Source of the DNA: the human T2T-CHM13v2.0 reference genome, Homo sapiens | Length of the DNA: 64,000 nt | Strand: one strand, 5' to 3' | NCBI RefSeq assembly: GCF_009914755.1 | Contig: NC_060932.1 | Part shown: one piece after another, positions 12,588-27,500 of the stretch | How the letters are laid out: each line of letters starts with the position of its first letter | Numbering within the stretch: the first letter of the stretch is position 1 | Made by a program: the position numbers and the translations under genes | The notes under the pieces: generated by a model | Told to the model about the DNA's origin: nothing | Seen by the model: the letters and a program-made list of their open reading frames with translations, nothing else | Database searches by the model: none

Positions 12588-15500
12588 GTGGATATTTGGA
12601 TAGATTTGAGGATTTCGTTGGAAACGGGATTATATATAAAAAGTAGACAGCAGCATTCTCAGAAACTTCTTTGTGATGTTTGCATCCAGCTCTCAGATTT
12701 GAACATTCCCTTTCATAGAGTAGGTTTGAAACCCTCTTTTTATAGTGTCTGGAAGCGGGCATTTGGAGCGCTTTCAGGCCTATGCTTAAAATAGGAAATA
12801 TCTACCTACAGAAACTAGACAGAAGCATTCTGAGAATCATGTTTGTGATGTGGGTACTCAACTAACAGTGTTGATCCATTCTTTTGATACAGCAGTTTTG
12901 AACCACACTTTTTGTAGAATCTGCAAGAGGATATTTGGATAGCTGTGAGGATTTCGTTGGAAACGGGAATGTCTTCAAAGAAAATCTAGACAGAAGCATT
13001 CTCAGAAACACCTTCGTGATGTTTGCAATCAAGTCACAGAGTTGAACCTTCCGTTTCATAGAGCAGGTTGGAAACACTCTTTTTGTAGTATCTGGAAGTG
13101 GACATTTGGAGCGCTTTCAGGCCTATGGTGAAAAAGGAAATATCTTCCCATAAAAACGACATAGAAGCTATCTCAGGAACTTGTTTATGATGCATCTAAT
13201 CAACTAACAGTGTTGAACCTTTGTACTGACAGAGCAGTTTGAAACACTCTTTTTTTGGAATCTGCAAGTGGATATTTGGATCGCTTTGAGGATTTCGTTG
13301 GAAACGGGATGCAATATAAAACGTACACAGCAGCATACTCAGAAAATACTTTGCCATATTTCCATTCAAGTCACAGAGTGGAACATTCCCATTCATAGAG
13401 CAGGTTTGAAACACTCTTTTTGGAGTATCTGGAAGTGGACATTTGGAGCGCTTTCTGAACTATGGTGAAAAAGGAAATATCTTCCAATGAAAACAACACA
13501 GAAGCATTCTGAGAAACTTATTTGTGATGTGTGTCCTCAACAAACGGACTTGAACCTTTCGTTTCATGCAGTACTTCTGGAACACTCTTTTTGAAGATTC
13601 TGCATGCGGATATTTGGATAGCTTTGAGGATTTCGTTGGAAACGGGCTTACATGTAAAAATTAGACAGCAGCATTCTCAGAAACTTCTTTGTGGTGTCTG
13701 CATTCAAGTCACAGAATTGAACTTCCCCTCACATAGAGCAGTTGTGCAGCACTCTATTTGTAGTATCTCGAAGTGGACATTTGGAGGGCTTTGTAGCCTA
13801 TCTGGAAAAAGGAAATATCTTCCCATGAATGCGAGATAGAAGTAATCTCAGAAACATGTTTATGCTGTATCTACTCAACTAACTGTGCTGAACATTTCTA
13901 TTGATAGAGCAGTTTTGAGACACTCTTCTTTTGGAATCTGCAAGTGGATATTTGGATAGATTTGAGGATTTCGTTGGAAACGGGATTATATATAAAAAGT
14001 AGACAGCAGCATTCTCAGAAACTTCTTTGTGATGTTTGCATCCAGCTCTCAGAGTTGAACATTCCCTTTCATAGAGTAGGTTTGAAACCCTCTTTTTATA
14101 GTGTCTGGAAGCGGGCATTTGGAGCGCTTTCAGGCCTATGCTGAAAAAGGAAATATCTACCTATAGAAACTAGACAGAAGCATTCTGAGAATCACGTTTG
14201 TGATGTGGGTACTCAACTAACAGTGTTGATCCATTCTTTTGATACAGCAGTTTTGAACCACACTTTTTGTAGAATCTGCAAGTGGATATTTGGATAGCTG
14301 TGAGGATTTCGTTGGAAACGGGAATGTCTTCATAGAAAATTTAGACAGAAGCATTCTCAGAACCTTGATTGTGATGTGTGTTCTCCACTAACAGAGTTGA
14401 ACCTTTCTTTTGACAGAACTGTTCTGAAACATTCTTTTTATAGAATCTGGAAGTGGATATTTGGAAAGCTTTGAGGATTTCGTTGGAAACGGGAATATCT
14501 TCAAATAAAATCTAGCCAGAAGCATTCTAAGAAACATCTTAGGGATGTTTACATTCAAGTCACAGAGTTGAACATTCCCTTTCACAGAGCAGGTTTGAAA
14601 CAATCTTCTCGTACTATCTGGCAGTGGACATTTTGAGCTCCTTGGGGCCTATGCTGAAAAAGGAAATATCTTCCGACAAAAACTAGACAGAAGCATTCGC
14701 AGAATCACGTTTGTGATGTGTGCACTCAACTGTCAGAATTGAACCTTGGTTTGGACAGAGCACTTTTGAAACACTCTTTTTGTAGAATCTGCAGGTGGAT
14801 ATTTGGCTAGCTTTGAGGATTTCGTTGGAAACGGTAATGTCTTCAAAGAAAATCTAGACAGAAGCATTCTCAGAAACAGCTTCGTGATGTTTGCAATCAA
14901 GTCACAGAGTTGAACCTTCCGTTTCATAGAGCAGGTTGGAAACACTCTTTTTGTAGTATCTGGAAGTGGACATTTGGAGGGCTTTGTAGCCTATCTGGAA
15001 AAAGGAAATATCTTCCCATGAATGCGAGATAGAAGTAATCTCAGAAACATGTTTATGCTGTATCTACTCAACTAACTGTGCTGAACATTTCTATTGATAG
15101 AGCAGTTTTGAGACACTCTTCTTTTGGAATCTGCAAGTGGATATTTGCATAGATTTGAGGATTTCTTTGGAAACGGGATTATATATAAAAAGTAGACAGC
15201 AGCATTCTCAGAAACTTCTTTGTGATGTTTGCATCCAGCTCTCAGAGTTGAGCATTCCCTTTCATAGAGTAGGTTTGAAACCCTCTTTTTATAGTGTCTG
15301 GAAGCGGGCATTTGGAGCGCTTTCAGGCCTATGCTTAAAATAGGAAATATCTACCTACAGAAACTAGACAGAAGCATTCTGAGAATCACGTTTGTGATGT
15401 GGGTACTCAACTAACAGTGTTGATCCATTCTTTTGATACAGCAGTTTTGAACCACACTTTTTGTAGAATCTGCAAGAGGATATTTGGATAGCTGTGAGGA

Positions 15501-18500
15501 TTTCGTTGGAAACGGGAATGTCTTCAAAGAAAATCTAGACAGAAGCATTCTCAGAAACACCTTCGTGATGTTTGCAATCAAGTCACAGAGTTGAACCTTC
15601 CGTTTCATAGAGCAGGTTGGAAACACTCTTATTGTAGTATCTGGAAGTGGACATTTGGAGCGCTTTCAGGCCTATGGTGAAAAAGGAAATATCTTCCCAT
15701 AAAAACGACATAGAAGCTATCTCAGGAACTTGTTTATGATGCATCTAATCAACTAACAGTGTTGAACCTTTGTACTGACAGAGCAGTTTGAAACACTCTT
15801 TTTTTGGAATCTGCAAGTGGATATTTGGATCGCTTTGAGGATTTCGTTGGAAACGGGATGCAATATAAAACGTACACAGCAGCATACTCAGAAAATACTT
15901 TGCCATATTTCCATTCAAGTCACAGAGTGGAACATTCCCATTCATAGAGCAGGTTTGAAACACTCTTTTTGGAGTATCTGGAAGTGGACATTTGGAGCGC
16001 TTTCTGAACTATGGTGGAAAAGGAAATATCTTCCAATGAAAACAAGACAGAAGCATTCTGAGAAACTTATTTGTGATGTGTGTCCTCAACTAACGGACTT
16101 GAACCTTTCGTTTCATGCAGTACTTCTGGAACACTCTTTTTGAAGATTCTGCATGCGGATATTTGGATAGCTTTGAGGATTTCGTTGGAAACGGGCTTAC
16201 ATGTAAAAATTAGACAGCAGCATTCTCAGAAACTTCTTTGTGGTGTCTGCATTCAAGTCACAGAATTGAACTTCCCCTCACATAGAGCAGTTGTGCAGCA
16301 CTCTATTTGTAGTATCTCGAAGTGGACATTTGGAGGGCTTTGTAGCCTATCTGGAAAAAGGAAATATCTTCCCATGAATGCGAGATAGAAGTAATCTCAG
16401 AAACATGTTTATGCTGTATCTACTCAACTAACTGTGCTGAACATTTCTATTGATAGAGCAGTTTTGAGACACTCTTCTTTAGGAATCTGCAAGTGGATAT
16501 TTGGATAGATTTGAGGATTTCGTTGGAAACGGGATTATATATCAAAAGTAGACAGCAGCATTCTCAGAAACTTCTTTGTGATGTTTGCATCCAGCTCTCA
16601 GAGTTGAACATTCCCTTTCATAGAGTAGGTTTGAAACCCTCTTTTTATAGTGTCTGGAAGCGGGCATTTGGAGCGCTTTCAGGCCTATGCTGAAAAAGGA
16701 AATATCTACCTATAGAAACTAGACAGAAGCATTCTGAGAATCACGTTTGTGATGTGGGTACTCAACTAACAGTGTTGATCCATTCTTTTGATACAGCAGT
16801 TTTGAACCACACTTTTTGTAGAATCTGCAAGTGGATATTTGGATAGCTGTGAGGATTTCCTTGGAAACGGGAATGTCTTCATAGAAAATTTAGACAGAAG
16901 CATTCTCAGAACCTTGATTGTGATGTGTGTTCTCCACTAACAGAGTTGAACCTTTCTTTTGACAGAACTGTTCTGAAACATTCTTTTTATAGAATCTGGA
17001 AGTGGATATTTGGAAAGCTTTGCGGATTTCGTTGGAAACGGGAATATCTTCAAATAAAATCTAGCCAGAAGCATTCTAAGAAACATCTTAGGGATGTTTA
17101 CATTCAAGTCACAGAGTTGAACATTCCATTTCACGGAGCAGGTTTGAAACAATCTTCTCGTACTATCTGGCAGTGGACATTTTGAGCTCTTTGGGGCCTA
17201 TGCTGAAAAAGGAAATATCTTCCGACAAAAACTAGACAGAAGCATTCGCAGAATCACGTTTGTGATGTGTGCACTCAACTGTCAGAATTGAACCTTGGTT
17301 TGGAGAGAGCACTTTTGAAACACTCTTTTTGTAGAATCTGCAGGTGGATATTTGGCTAGCTTTGAGGATTTCGTTGGAAACGGTAATGTCTTCAAAGAAA
17401 ATCTAGACAGAAGCATTCTCAGAAACACCTTCGTGATGTTTGCAATCAAGTCACAGAGTTGAACCTTCCGTTTCATAGAGCAGGTTGGAAACACTCTTTT
17501 TGTAGTATCTGGAAGTGGACATTTGGAGGGCTTTGTAGCCTATCTGGAAAAAGGAAATATCTTCCCATGAATGCGAGATAGAAGTAATCTCAGAAACATG
17601 TTTATGCTGTATCTACTCAACTAACTGTGCTGAACATTTCTATTGATAGAGCAGTTTTGAGACACTCTTCTTTTGGAATCTGCAAGTGGATATTTGGATA
17701 GATTTGAGGATTTCGTTGGAAACGGGATTATATATAAAAAGTAGACAGCAGCATTCTCAGAAACTTCTTTGTGATGTTTGCATCCAGCTCTCAGAGTTGA
17801 ACATTCCCTTTCATAGAGTAGGTTTGAAACCCTCTTTTTATAGTGTCTGGAAGCGGGCATTTGGAGCGCTTTCAGGCCTATGCTGAAAAAGGAAATATCT
17901 ACCTATAGAAACTAGACAGAAGCATTCTGAGAATCACGTTTGTGATGTGGGTACTCAACTAACAGTGTTGATCCATTCTTTTGATACAGCAGTTTTGAAC
18001 CACACTTTTTGTAGAATCTGCAAGTGGATATTTGGATAGCTGTGAGGATTTCGTTGGAAACGGGAATGTCTTCATAGAAAATTTAGACAGAAGCATTCTC
18101 AGAACCTTGATTGTGATGTGTGTTCTCCACTAACAGAGTTGAACCTTTCTTTTGACAGAACTGTTCTGAAACATTCTTTTTATAGAATCTGGAAGTGGAT
18201 ATTTGGAAAGCTTTGAGGATTTCGTTGGAAACGGGAATATCTTCAAATAAAATCTAGCCAGAAGCATTCTAAGAAACATCTTAGGGATGTTTACATTCAA
18301 GTCACAGAGTTGAACATTCCCTTTCACAGAGCAGGTTTGAAACAATCTTCTCGTACTATCTGGCAGTGGACATTTTGAGTTCCTTGGGGCCTATGCTGAA
18401 AAAGGAAATATCTTCCGACAAAAACTAGACAGAAGCATTCGCAGAATCACGTTTGTGATGTGTGCACTCAACTGTCAGAATTGAACCTTGGTTTGGACAG

Positions 18501-21500
18501 AGCACTTTTGAAACACTCTTTTTGTAGAATCTGCAGGTGGATATTTGGCTAGCTTTGAGGATTTCGTTGGAAACGGTAATGTCTTCAAAGAAAATCTAGA
18601 CAGAAGCATTCTCAGAAACACCTTCGTGATGTTTGCAATCAAGTCACAGAGTTGAACCTTCCGTTTCATAGAGCAGGTTGGAAACACTCTTTTTGTAGTA
18701 TCTGGAAGTGGACATTTGGAGGGCTTTGTAGCCTATCTGGAAAAAGGAAATATCTTCCCATGAATGCGAGATAGAAGTAATCTCAGAAACATGTTTATGC
18801 TGTATCTACTCAACTAACTGTGCTGAACATTTCTATTGATAGAGCAGTTTTGAGACACTCTTCTTTTGGAATCTGCAAGTGGATATTTGGATAGATTTGA
18901 GGATTTCGTTGGAAACGGGATTATATATAAAAGTAGACAGCAGCATTCTCAGAAACTTCTTTGTGATGTTTGCATCCAGCTCTCAGAGTTGAGCATTCCC
19001 TTTCATAGAGTAGGTTTGAAACCCTCTTTTTATAGTGTCTGGAAGCGGGCATTTGGAGCGCTTTCAGGCCTATGCTTAAAATAGGAAATATCTACCTACA
19101 GAAACTAGACAGAAGCATTCTGAGAATCACGTTTGTGATGTGGGTACTCAACTAACAGTGTTGATCCATTCTTTTGATACAGCAGTTTTGAACCACACTT
19201 TTTGTAGAATCTGCAAGAGGATATTTGGATAGCTGTGAGGATTTCGTTGGAAACGGGAATGTCTTCAAAGAAAATCTAGACAGAAGCATTCTCAGAAACA
19301 CCTTCGTGATGTTTGCAATCAAGTCACAGAGTTGAACCTTCCGTTTCATAGAGCAGGTTGGAAACACTCTTATTGTAGTATCTGGAAGTGGACATTTGGA
19401 GCGCTTTCAGGCCTATGGTGAAAAAGGAAATATCTTCCCATAAAAACGACATAGAAGCTATCTCAGGAACTTGTTTATGATGCATCTAATCAACTAACAG
19501 TGTTGAACCTTTGTACTGACAGAGCAGTTTGAAACACTCTTTTTTGGAATCTGCAAGTGGATATTTGGATCGCTTTGAGGATTTCGTTGGAAACGGGATG
19601 CAATATAAAACGTACACAGCAGCATACTCAGAAAATACTTTGCCATATTTCCATTCAAGTCACAGAGTGGAACATTCCCATTCATAGAGCAGGTTGGAAA
19701 CACTCTTTTTGGAGTATCTGGAAGTGGACATTTGGAGCGCTTTCTGAACTATGGTGGAAAAGGAAATATCTTCCAATGAAAACAAGACAGAAGCATTCTG
19801 AGAAACTTATTTGTGATGTGTGTCCTCAACAAACGGACTTGAACCTTTCGTTTCATGCAGTACTTCTGGAACACTCTTTTTGAAGATTCTGCATGCGGAT
19901 ATTTGGATAGCTTTGAGGATTTCGTTGGAAACGGGCTTACATGTAAAAATTAGACAGCAGCATTCTCAGAAACTTCTTTGTGGTGTCTGCATTCAAGTCA
20001 CAGAATTGAACTTCCCCTCACATAGAGCAGTTGTGCAGCACTCTATTTGTAGTATCTCGAAGTGGACATTTGGAGGGCTTTGTAGCCTATCTGGAAAAAG
20101 GAAATATCTTCCCATGAATGCGAGATAGAAGTAATCTCAGAAACATGTTTATGCTGTATCTACTCAACTAACTGTGCTGAACATTTCTATTGATAGAGCA
20201 GTTTTGAGACACTCTTCTTTAGGAATCTGCAAGTGGATATTTGGATAGATTTGAGGATTTCGTTGGAAACGGGATTATATATCAAAAGTAGACAGCAGCA
20301 TTCTCAGAAACTTCTTTGTGATGTTTGCATCCAGCTCTCAGAGTTGGACATTCCCTTTCATAGAGTAGGTTTGAAACCCTCTTTTTATAGTGTCTGGAAG
20401 CGGGCATTTGGAGCGCTTTCAGGCCTATGCTGAAAAAGGAAATATCTACCTATAGAAACTAGACAGAAGCATTCTGAGAATCACGTTTGTGATGTGGGTA
20501 CTCAACTAACAGTGTTGATCCATTCTTTTGATACAGCAGTTTTGAACCACACTTTTTGTAGAATCTGCAAGTGGATATTTGGATAGCTGTGAGGATTTCG
20601 TTGGAAACGGGAATGTCTTCATAGAAAATTTAGACAGAAGCATTCTCAGAACCATGATTGTGATGTGTGTTCTCCACTAACAGAGTTGAACCTTTCTTTT
20701 GACAGAACTGTTCTGAAACATTCTTTTTATAGAATCTGGAAGTGGATATTTGGAAAGCTTTGCGGATTTCGTTGGAAACGGGAATATCTTCAAATAAAAT
20801 CTAGCCAGAAGCATTCTAAGAAACATCTTAGGGATGTTTACATTCAAGTCACAGAGTTGAACATTCCCTTTCACGGAGCAGGTTTGAAACAATCTTCTCG
20901 TACTATCTGGCAGTGGACATTTTGAGCTCTTTGGGGCCTATGCTGAAAAAGGAAATATCTTCCGACAAAAACTAGACAGAAGCATTCGCAGAATCACGTT
21001 TGTGATGTGTGCACTCAACTGTCAGAATTGAACCTTGGTTTGGAGAGAGCACTTTTGAAACACTCTTTTTGTAGAATCTGCAGGTGGATATTTGGCTAGC
21101 TTTGAGGATTTCGTTGGAAACGGTAATGTCTTCAAAGAAAATCTAGACAGAAGCATTCTCAGAAACACCTTCGTGATGTTTGCAATCAAGTCACAGAGTT
21201 GAACCTTCCGTTTCATAGAGCAGGTTGGAAACACTCTTTTTGTAGTATCTGGAAGTGGACATTTGGAGGGCTTTGTAGCCTATCTGGAAAAAGGAAATAT
21301 CTTCCCATGAATGCGAGATAGAAGTAATCTCAGAAACATGTTTATGCTGTATCTACTCAACTAACTGTGCTGAACATTTCTATTGATAGAGCAGTTTTGA
21401 GACACTCTTCTTTTGGAATCTGCAAGTGGATATTTGGATAGATTTGAGGATTTCGTTGGAAACGGGATTATATATCAAAAGTAGACAGCAGCATTCTCAG

Positions 21501-24500
21501 AAACTTCTTTGTGATGTTTGCATCCAGCTCTCAGAGTTGAACATTCCCTTTCATAGAGTAGGTTTGAAACCCTCTTTTTATAGTGTCTGGAAGCGGGCAT
21601 TTGGAGCGCTTTCAGGCCTATGCTGAAAAAGGAAATATCTACCTATAGAAACTAGACAGAAGCATTCTGAGAATCACGTTTGTGATGTGGGTACTCAACT
21701 AACAGTGTTGATCCATTCTTTTGATACAGCAGTTTTGAACCACACTTTTTGTAGAATCTGCAAGTGGATATTTGGATAGCTGTGAGGATTTCGTTGGAAA
21801 CGGGAATGTCTTCATAGAAAATTTAGACAGAAGCATTCTCAGAACCTTGATTGTGATGTGTGTTCTCCACTAACAGAGTTGAACCTTTCTTTTGACAGAA
21901 CTGTTCTGAAACATTCTTTTTATAGAATCTGGAAGTGGATATTTGGAAAGCTTTGAGGATTTCGTTGGAAACGGGAATATCTTCAAATAAAATCTAGCCA
22001 GAAGCATTCTAAGAAACATCTTAGGGATGTTTACATTCAAGTCACAGAGTTGAACATTCCCTTTCACAGAGCAGGTTTGAAACAATCTTCTCGTACTATC
22101 TGGCAGTGGACATTTTGAGCTCCTTGGGGCCTATGCTGAAAAAGGAAATATCTTCCGACAAAAACTAGACAGAAGCATTCGCAGAATCACGTTTGTGATG
22201 TGTGCACTCAACTGTCAGAATTGAACCTTGGTTTGGACAGAGCACTTTTGAAACACTCTTTTTGTAGAATCTGCAGGTGGATATTTGGCTAGCTTTGAGG
22301 ATTTCGTTGGAAACGGTAATGTCTTCAAAGAAAATCTAGACAGAAGCATTCTCAGAAACAGCTTCGTGATGTTTGCAATCAAGTCACAGAGTTGAACCTT
22401 CCGTTTCATAGAGCAGGTTGGAAACACTCTTTTTGTAGTATCTGGAAGTGGACATTTGGAGGGCTTTGTAGCCTATCTGGAAAAAGGAAATATCTTCCCA
22501 TGAATGCGAGATAGAAGTAATCTCAGAAACATGTTTATGCTGTATCTACTCAACTAACTGTGCTGAACATTTCTATTGATAGAGCAGTTTTGAGACACTC
22601 TTCTTTTGGAATCTGCAAGTGGATATTTGCATAGATTTGAGGATTTCTTTGGAAACGGGATTATATATAAAAAGTAGACAGCAGCATTCTCAGAAACTTC
22701 TTTGTGATGTTTGCATCCAGCTCTCAGAGTTGAGCATTCCCTTTCATAGAGTAGGTTTGAAACCCTCTTTTTATAGTGTCTGGAAGCGGGCATTTGGAGC
22801 GCTTTCAGGCCTATGCTTAAAATAGGAAATATCTACCTACAGAAACTAGACAGAAGCATTCTGAGAATCACGTTTGTGATGTGGGTACTCAACTAACAGT
22901 GTTGATCCATTCTTTTGATACAGCAGTTTTGAACCACACTTTTTGTAGAATCTGCAAGAGGATATTTGGATAGCTGTGAGGATTTCGTTGGAAACGGGAA
23001 TGTCTTCAAAGAAAATCTAGACAGAAGCATTCTCAGAAACACCTTCGTGATGTTTGCAATCAAGTCACAGAGTTGAACCTTCCGTTTCATAGAGCAGGTT
23101 GGAAACACTCTTATTGTAGTATCTGGAAGTGGACATTTGGAGCGCTTTCAGGCCTATGGTGAAAAAGGAAATATCTTCCCATAAAAACGACATAGAAGCT
23201 ATCTCAGGAACTTGTTTATGATGCATCTAATCAACTAACAGTGTTGAACCTTTGTACTGACAGAGCAGTTTGAAACACTCTTTTTTTGGAATCTGCAAGT
23301 GGATATTTGGATCGCTTTGAGGATTTCGTTGGAAACGGGATGCAATATAAAACGTACACAGCAGCATACTCAGAAAATACTTTGCCATATTTCCATTCAA
23401 GTCACAGAGTGGAACATTCCCATTCATAGAGCAGGTTTGAAACACTCTTTTTGGAGTATCTGGAAGTGGACATTTGGAGCGCTTTCTGAACTATGGTGAA
23501 AAAGGAAATATCTTCCAATGAAAACAACACAGAAGCATTCTGAGAAACTTATTTGTGATGTGTGTCCTCAACAAACGGACTTGAACCTTTCGTTTCATGC
23601 AGTACTTCTGGAACACTCTTTTTGAAGATTCTGCATGCGGATATTTGGATAGCTTTGAGGATTTCGTTGGAAACGGGCTTACATGTAAAAATTAGACAGC
23701 AGCATTCTCAGAAACTTCTGTGTGGTGTCTGCATTCAAGTCACAGAATTGAACTTCCCCTCACATAGAGCAGTTGTGCAGCACTCTATTTGTAGTATCTC
23801 GAAGTGGACATTTGGAGGGCTTTGTAGCCTATCTGGAAAAAGGAAATATCTTCCCATGAATGCGAGATAGAAGTAATCTCAGAAACATGTTTATGCTGTA
23901 TCTACTCAACTAACTGTGCTGAACATTTCTATTGATAGAGCAGTTTTGAGACACTCTTCTTTTGGAATCTGCAAGTGGATATTTGGATAGATTTGAGGAT
24001 TTCGTTGGAAACGGGATTATATATAAAAAGTAGACAGCAGCATTCTCAGAAACTTCTTTGTGATGTTTGCATCCAGCTCTCAGAGTTGAACATTCCCTTT
24101 CATAGAGTAGGTTTGAAACCCTCTTTTTATAGTGTCTGGAAGCGGGCATTTGGAGCGCTTTCAGGCCTATGCTGAAAAAGGAAATATCTACCTATAGAAA
24201 CTAGACAGAAGCATTCTGAGAATCACGTTTGTGATGTGGGTACTCAACTAACAGTGTTGATCCATTCTTTTGATACAGCAGTTTTGAACCACACTTTTTG
24301 TAGAATCTGCAAGTGGATATTTGGATAGCTGTGAGGATTTCGTTGGAAACGGGAATGTCTTCATAGAAAATTTAGACAGAAGCATTCTCAGAACCTTGAT
24401 TGTGATGTGTGTTCTCCACTAACAGAGTTGAACCTTTCTTTTGACAGAACTGTTCTGAAACATTCTTTTTATAGAATCTGGAAGTGGATATTTGGAAAGC

Positions 24501-27500
24501 TTTGAGGATTTCGTTGGAAACGGGAATATCTTCAAATAAAATCTAGCCAGAAGCATTCTAAGAAACATCTTAGGGATGTTTACATTCAAGTCACAGAGTT
24601 GAACATTCCCTTTCACAGAGCAGGTTTGAAACAATCTTCTCGTACTATCTGGCAGTGGACATTTTGAGCTCCTTGGGGCCTATGCTGAAAAAGGAAATAT
24701 CTTCCGACAAAAACTAGACAGAAGCATTCGCAGAATCACGTTTGTGATGTGTGCACTCAACTGTCAGAATTGAACCTTTGTTTGGACAGAGCACTTTTGA
24801 AACACTCTTTTTGTAGAATCTGCAGGTGGATATTTGGCTAGCTTTGAGGATTTCGTTGGAAACGGTAATGTCTTCAAAGAAAATCTAGACAGAAGCATTC
24901 TCAGAAACAGCGTCGTGATGTTTGCAATCAAGTCACAGAGTTGAACCTTCCGTTTCATAGAGCAGGTTGGAAACACTCTTTTTGTAGTATCTGGAAGTGG
25001 ACATTTGGAGGGCTTTGTAGCCTATCTGGAAAAAGGAAATATCTTCCCATGAATGCGAGATAGAAGTAATCTCAGAAACATGTTTATGCTGTATCTACTC
25101 AACTAACTGTGCTGAACATTTCTATTGATAGAGCAGTTTTGAGACACTCTTCTTTTGGAATCTGCAAGTGGATATTTGGATAGATTTGAGGATTTCGTTG
25201 GAAACGGGATTATATATAAAAAGTAGACAGCAGCATTCTCAGAAACTTCTTTGTGATGTTTGCATCCAGCTCTCAGAGTTGAGCATTCCCTTTCATAGAG
25301 TAGGTTTGAAACCCTCTTTTTATAGTGTCTGGAAGCGGGCATTTGGAGCGCTTTCAGGCCTATGCTTAAAATAGGAAATATCTACCTACAGAAACTAGAC
25401 AGAAGCATTCTGAGAATCACGTTTGTGATGTGGGTACTCAACTAACAGTGTTGATCCATTCTTTTGATACAGCAGTTTTGAACCACACTTTTTGTAGAAT
25501 CTGCAAGAGGATATTTGGATAGCTGTGAGGATTTCGTTGGAAACGGGAATGTCTTCAAAGAAAATCTAGACAGAAGCATTCTCAGAAACACCTTCGTGAT
25601 GTTTGCAATCAAGTCACAGAGTTGAACCTTCCGTTTCATAGAGCAGGTTGGAAACACTCTTATTGTAGTATCTGGAAGTGGACATTTGGAGCGCTTTCAG
25701 GCCTATGGTGAAAAAGGAAATATCTTCCCATAAAAACGACATAGAAGCTATCTCAGGAACTTGTTTATGATGCATCTAATCAACTAACAGTGTTGAACCT
25801 TTGTACTGACAGAGCAGTTTGAAACACTCTTTTTTGGAATCTGCAAGTGGATATTTGGATCGCTTTGAGGATTTCGTTGGAAACGGGATGCAATATAAAA
25901 CGTACACAGCAGCATACTCAGAAAATACTTTGCCATATTTCCATTCAAGTCACAGAGTGGAACATTCCCATTCATAGAGCAGGTTGGAAACACACTTTTT
26001 GGAGTATCTGGAAGTGGACATTTGGAGCGCTTTCTGAACTATGGTGGAAAAGGAAATATCTTCCAATGAAAACAAGACAGAAGCATTCTGAGAAACTTAT
26101 TTGTGATGTGTGTCCTCAACTAACGGACTTGAACCTTTCGTTTCATGCAGTACTTCTGGAACACTCTTTTTGAAGATTCTGCATGCGGATATTTGGATAG
26201 CTTTGAGGATTTCGTTGGAAACGGGCTTACATGTAAAAATTAGACAGCAGCATTCTCAGAAACTTCTTTGTGGTGTCTGCATTCAAGTCACAGAATTGAA
26301 CTTCCCCTCACATAGAGCAGTTGTGCAGCACACTATTTGTAGTATCTCGAAGTGGACATTTGGAGGGCTTTGTAGCCTATCTGGAAAAAGGAAATATCTT
26401 CCCATGAATGCGAGATAGAAGTAATCTCAGAAACATGTTTATGCTGTATCTACTCAACTAACTGTGCTGAACATTTCTATTGATAGAGCAGTTTTGAGAC
26501 ACTCTTCTTTAGGAATCTGCAAGTGGATATTTGGATAGATTTGAGGATTTCGTTGGAAACGGGATTATATATCAAAAGTAGACAGCAGCATTCTCAGAAA
26601 CTTCTTTGTGATGTTTGCATCCAGCTCTCAGAGTTGAACATTCCCTTTCATAGAGTAGGTTTGAAACCCTCTTTTTATAGTGTCTGGAAGCGGGCATTTG
26701 GAGCGCTTTCAGGCCTATGCTGAAAAAGGAAATATCTACCTATAGAAACTAGACAGAAGCATTCTGAGAATCACGTTTGTGATGTGGGTACTCAACTAAC
26801 AGTGTTGATCCATTCTTTTGATACAGCAGTTTTGAACCACACTTTTTGTAGAATCTGCAAGTGGATATTTGGATAGCTGTGAGGATTTCCTTGGAAACGG
26901 GAATGTCTTCATAGAAAATTTAGACAGAAGCATTCTCAGAACCTTGATTGTGATGTGTGTTCTCCACTAACAGAGTTGAACCTTTCTTTTGACAGAACTG
27001 TTCTGAAACATTCTTTTTATAGAATCTGGAAGTGGATATTTGGAAAGCTTTGCGGATTTCGTTGGAAACGGGAATATCTTCAAATCAAATCTAGCCAGAA
27101 GCATTCTAAGAAACATCTTAGGGATGTTTACATTCAAGTCACAGAGTTGAACATTCCATTTCACGGAGCAGGTTTGAAACAATCTTCTCGTACTATCTGG
27201 CAGTGGACATTTTGAGCTCTTTGGGGCCTATGCTGAAAAAGGAAATATCTTCCGACAAAAACTAGACAGAAGCATTCGCAGAATCACGTTTGTGATGTGT
27301 GCACTCAACTGTCAGAATTGAACCTTGGTTTGGAGAGAGCACTTTTGAAACACTCTTTTTGTAGAATCTGCAGGTGGATATTTGGCTAGCTTTGAGGATT
27401 TCGTTGGAAACGGTAATGTCTTCAAAGAAAATCTAGACAGAAGCATTCTCAGAAACACCTTCGTGATGTTTGCAATCAAGTCACAGAGTTGAACCTTCCG

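Larger units (their letters stand above)
5622..13943 (+). repeat. Mixed HOR block 7,8,7,11,8,8
   Basis: Ruler starts 5622, 6815, 8171, 9364, 11232, 12588, 13944 give spacings 1193, 1356, 1193, 1868, 1356, 1356. Confidence 0.92.
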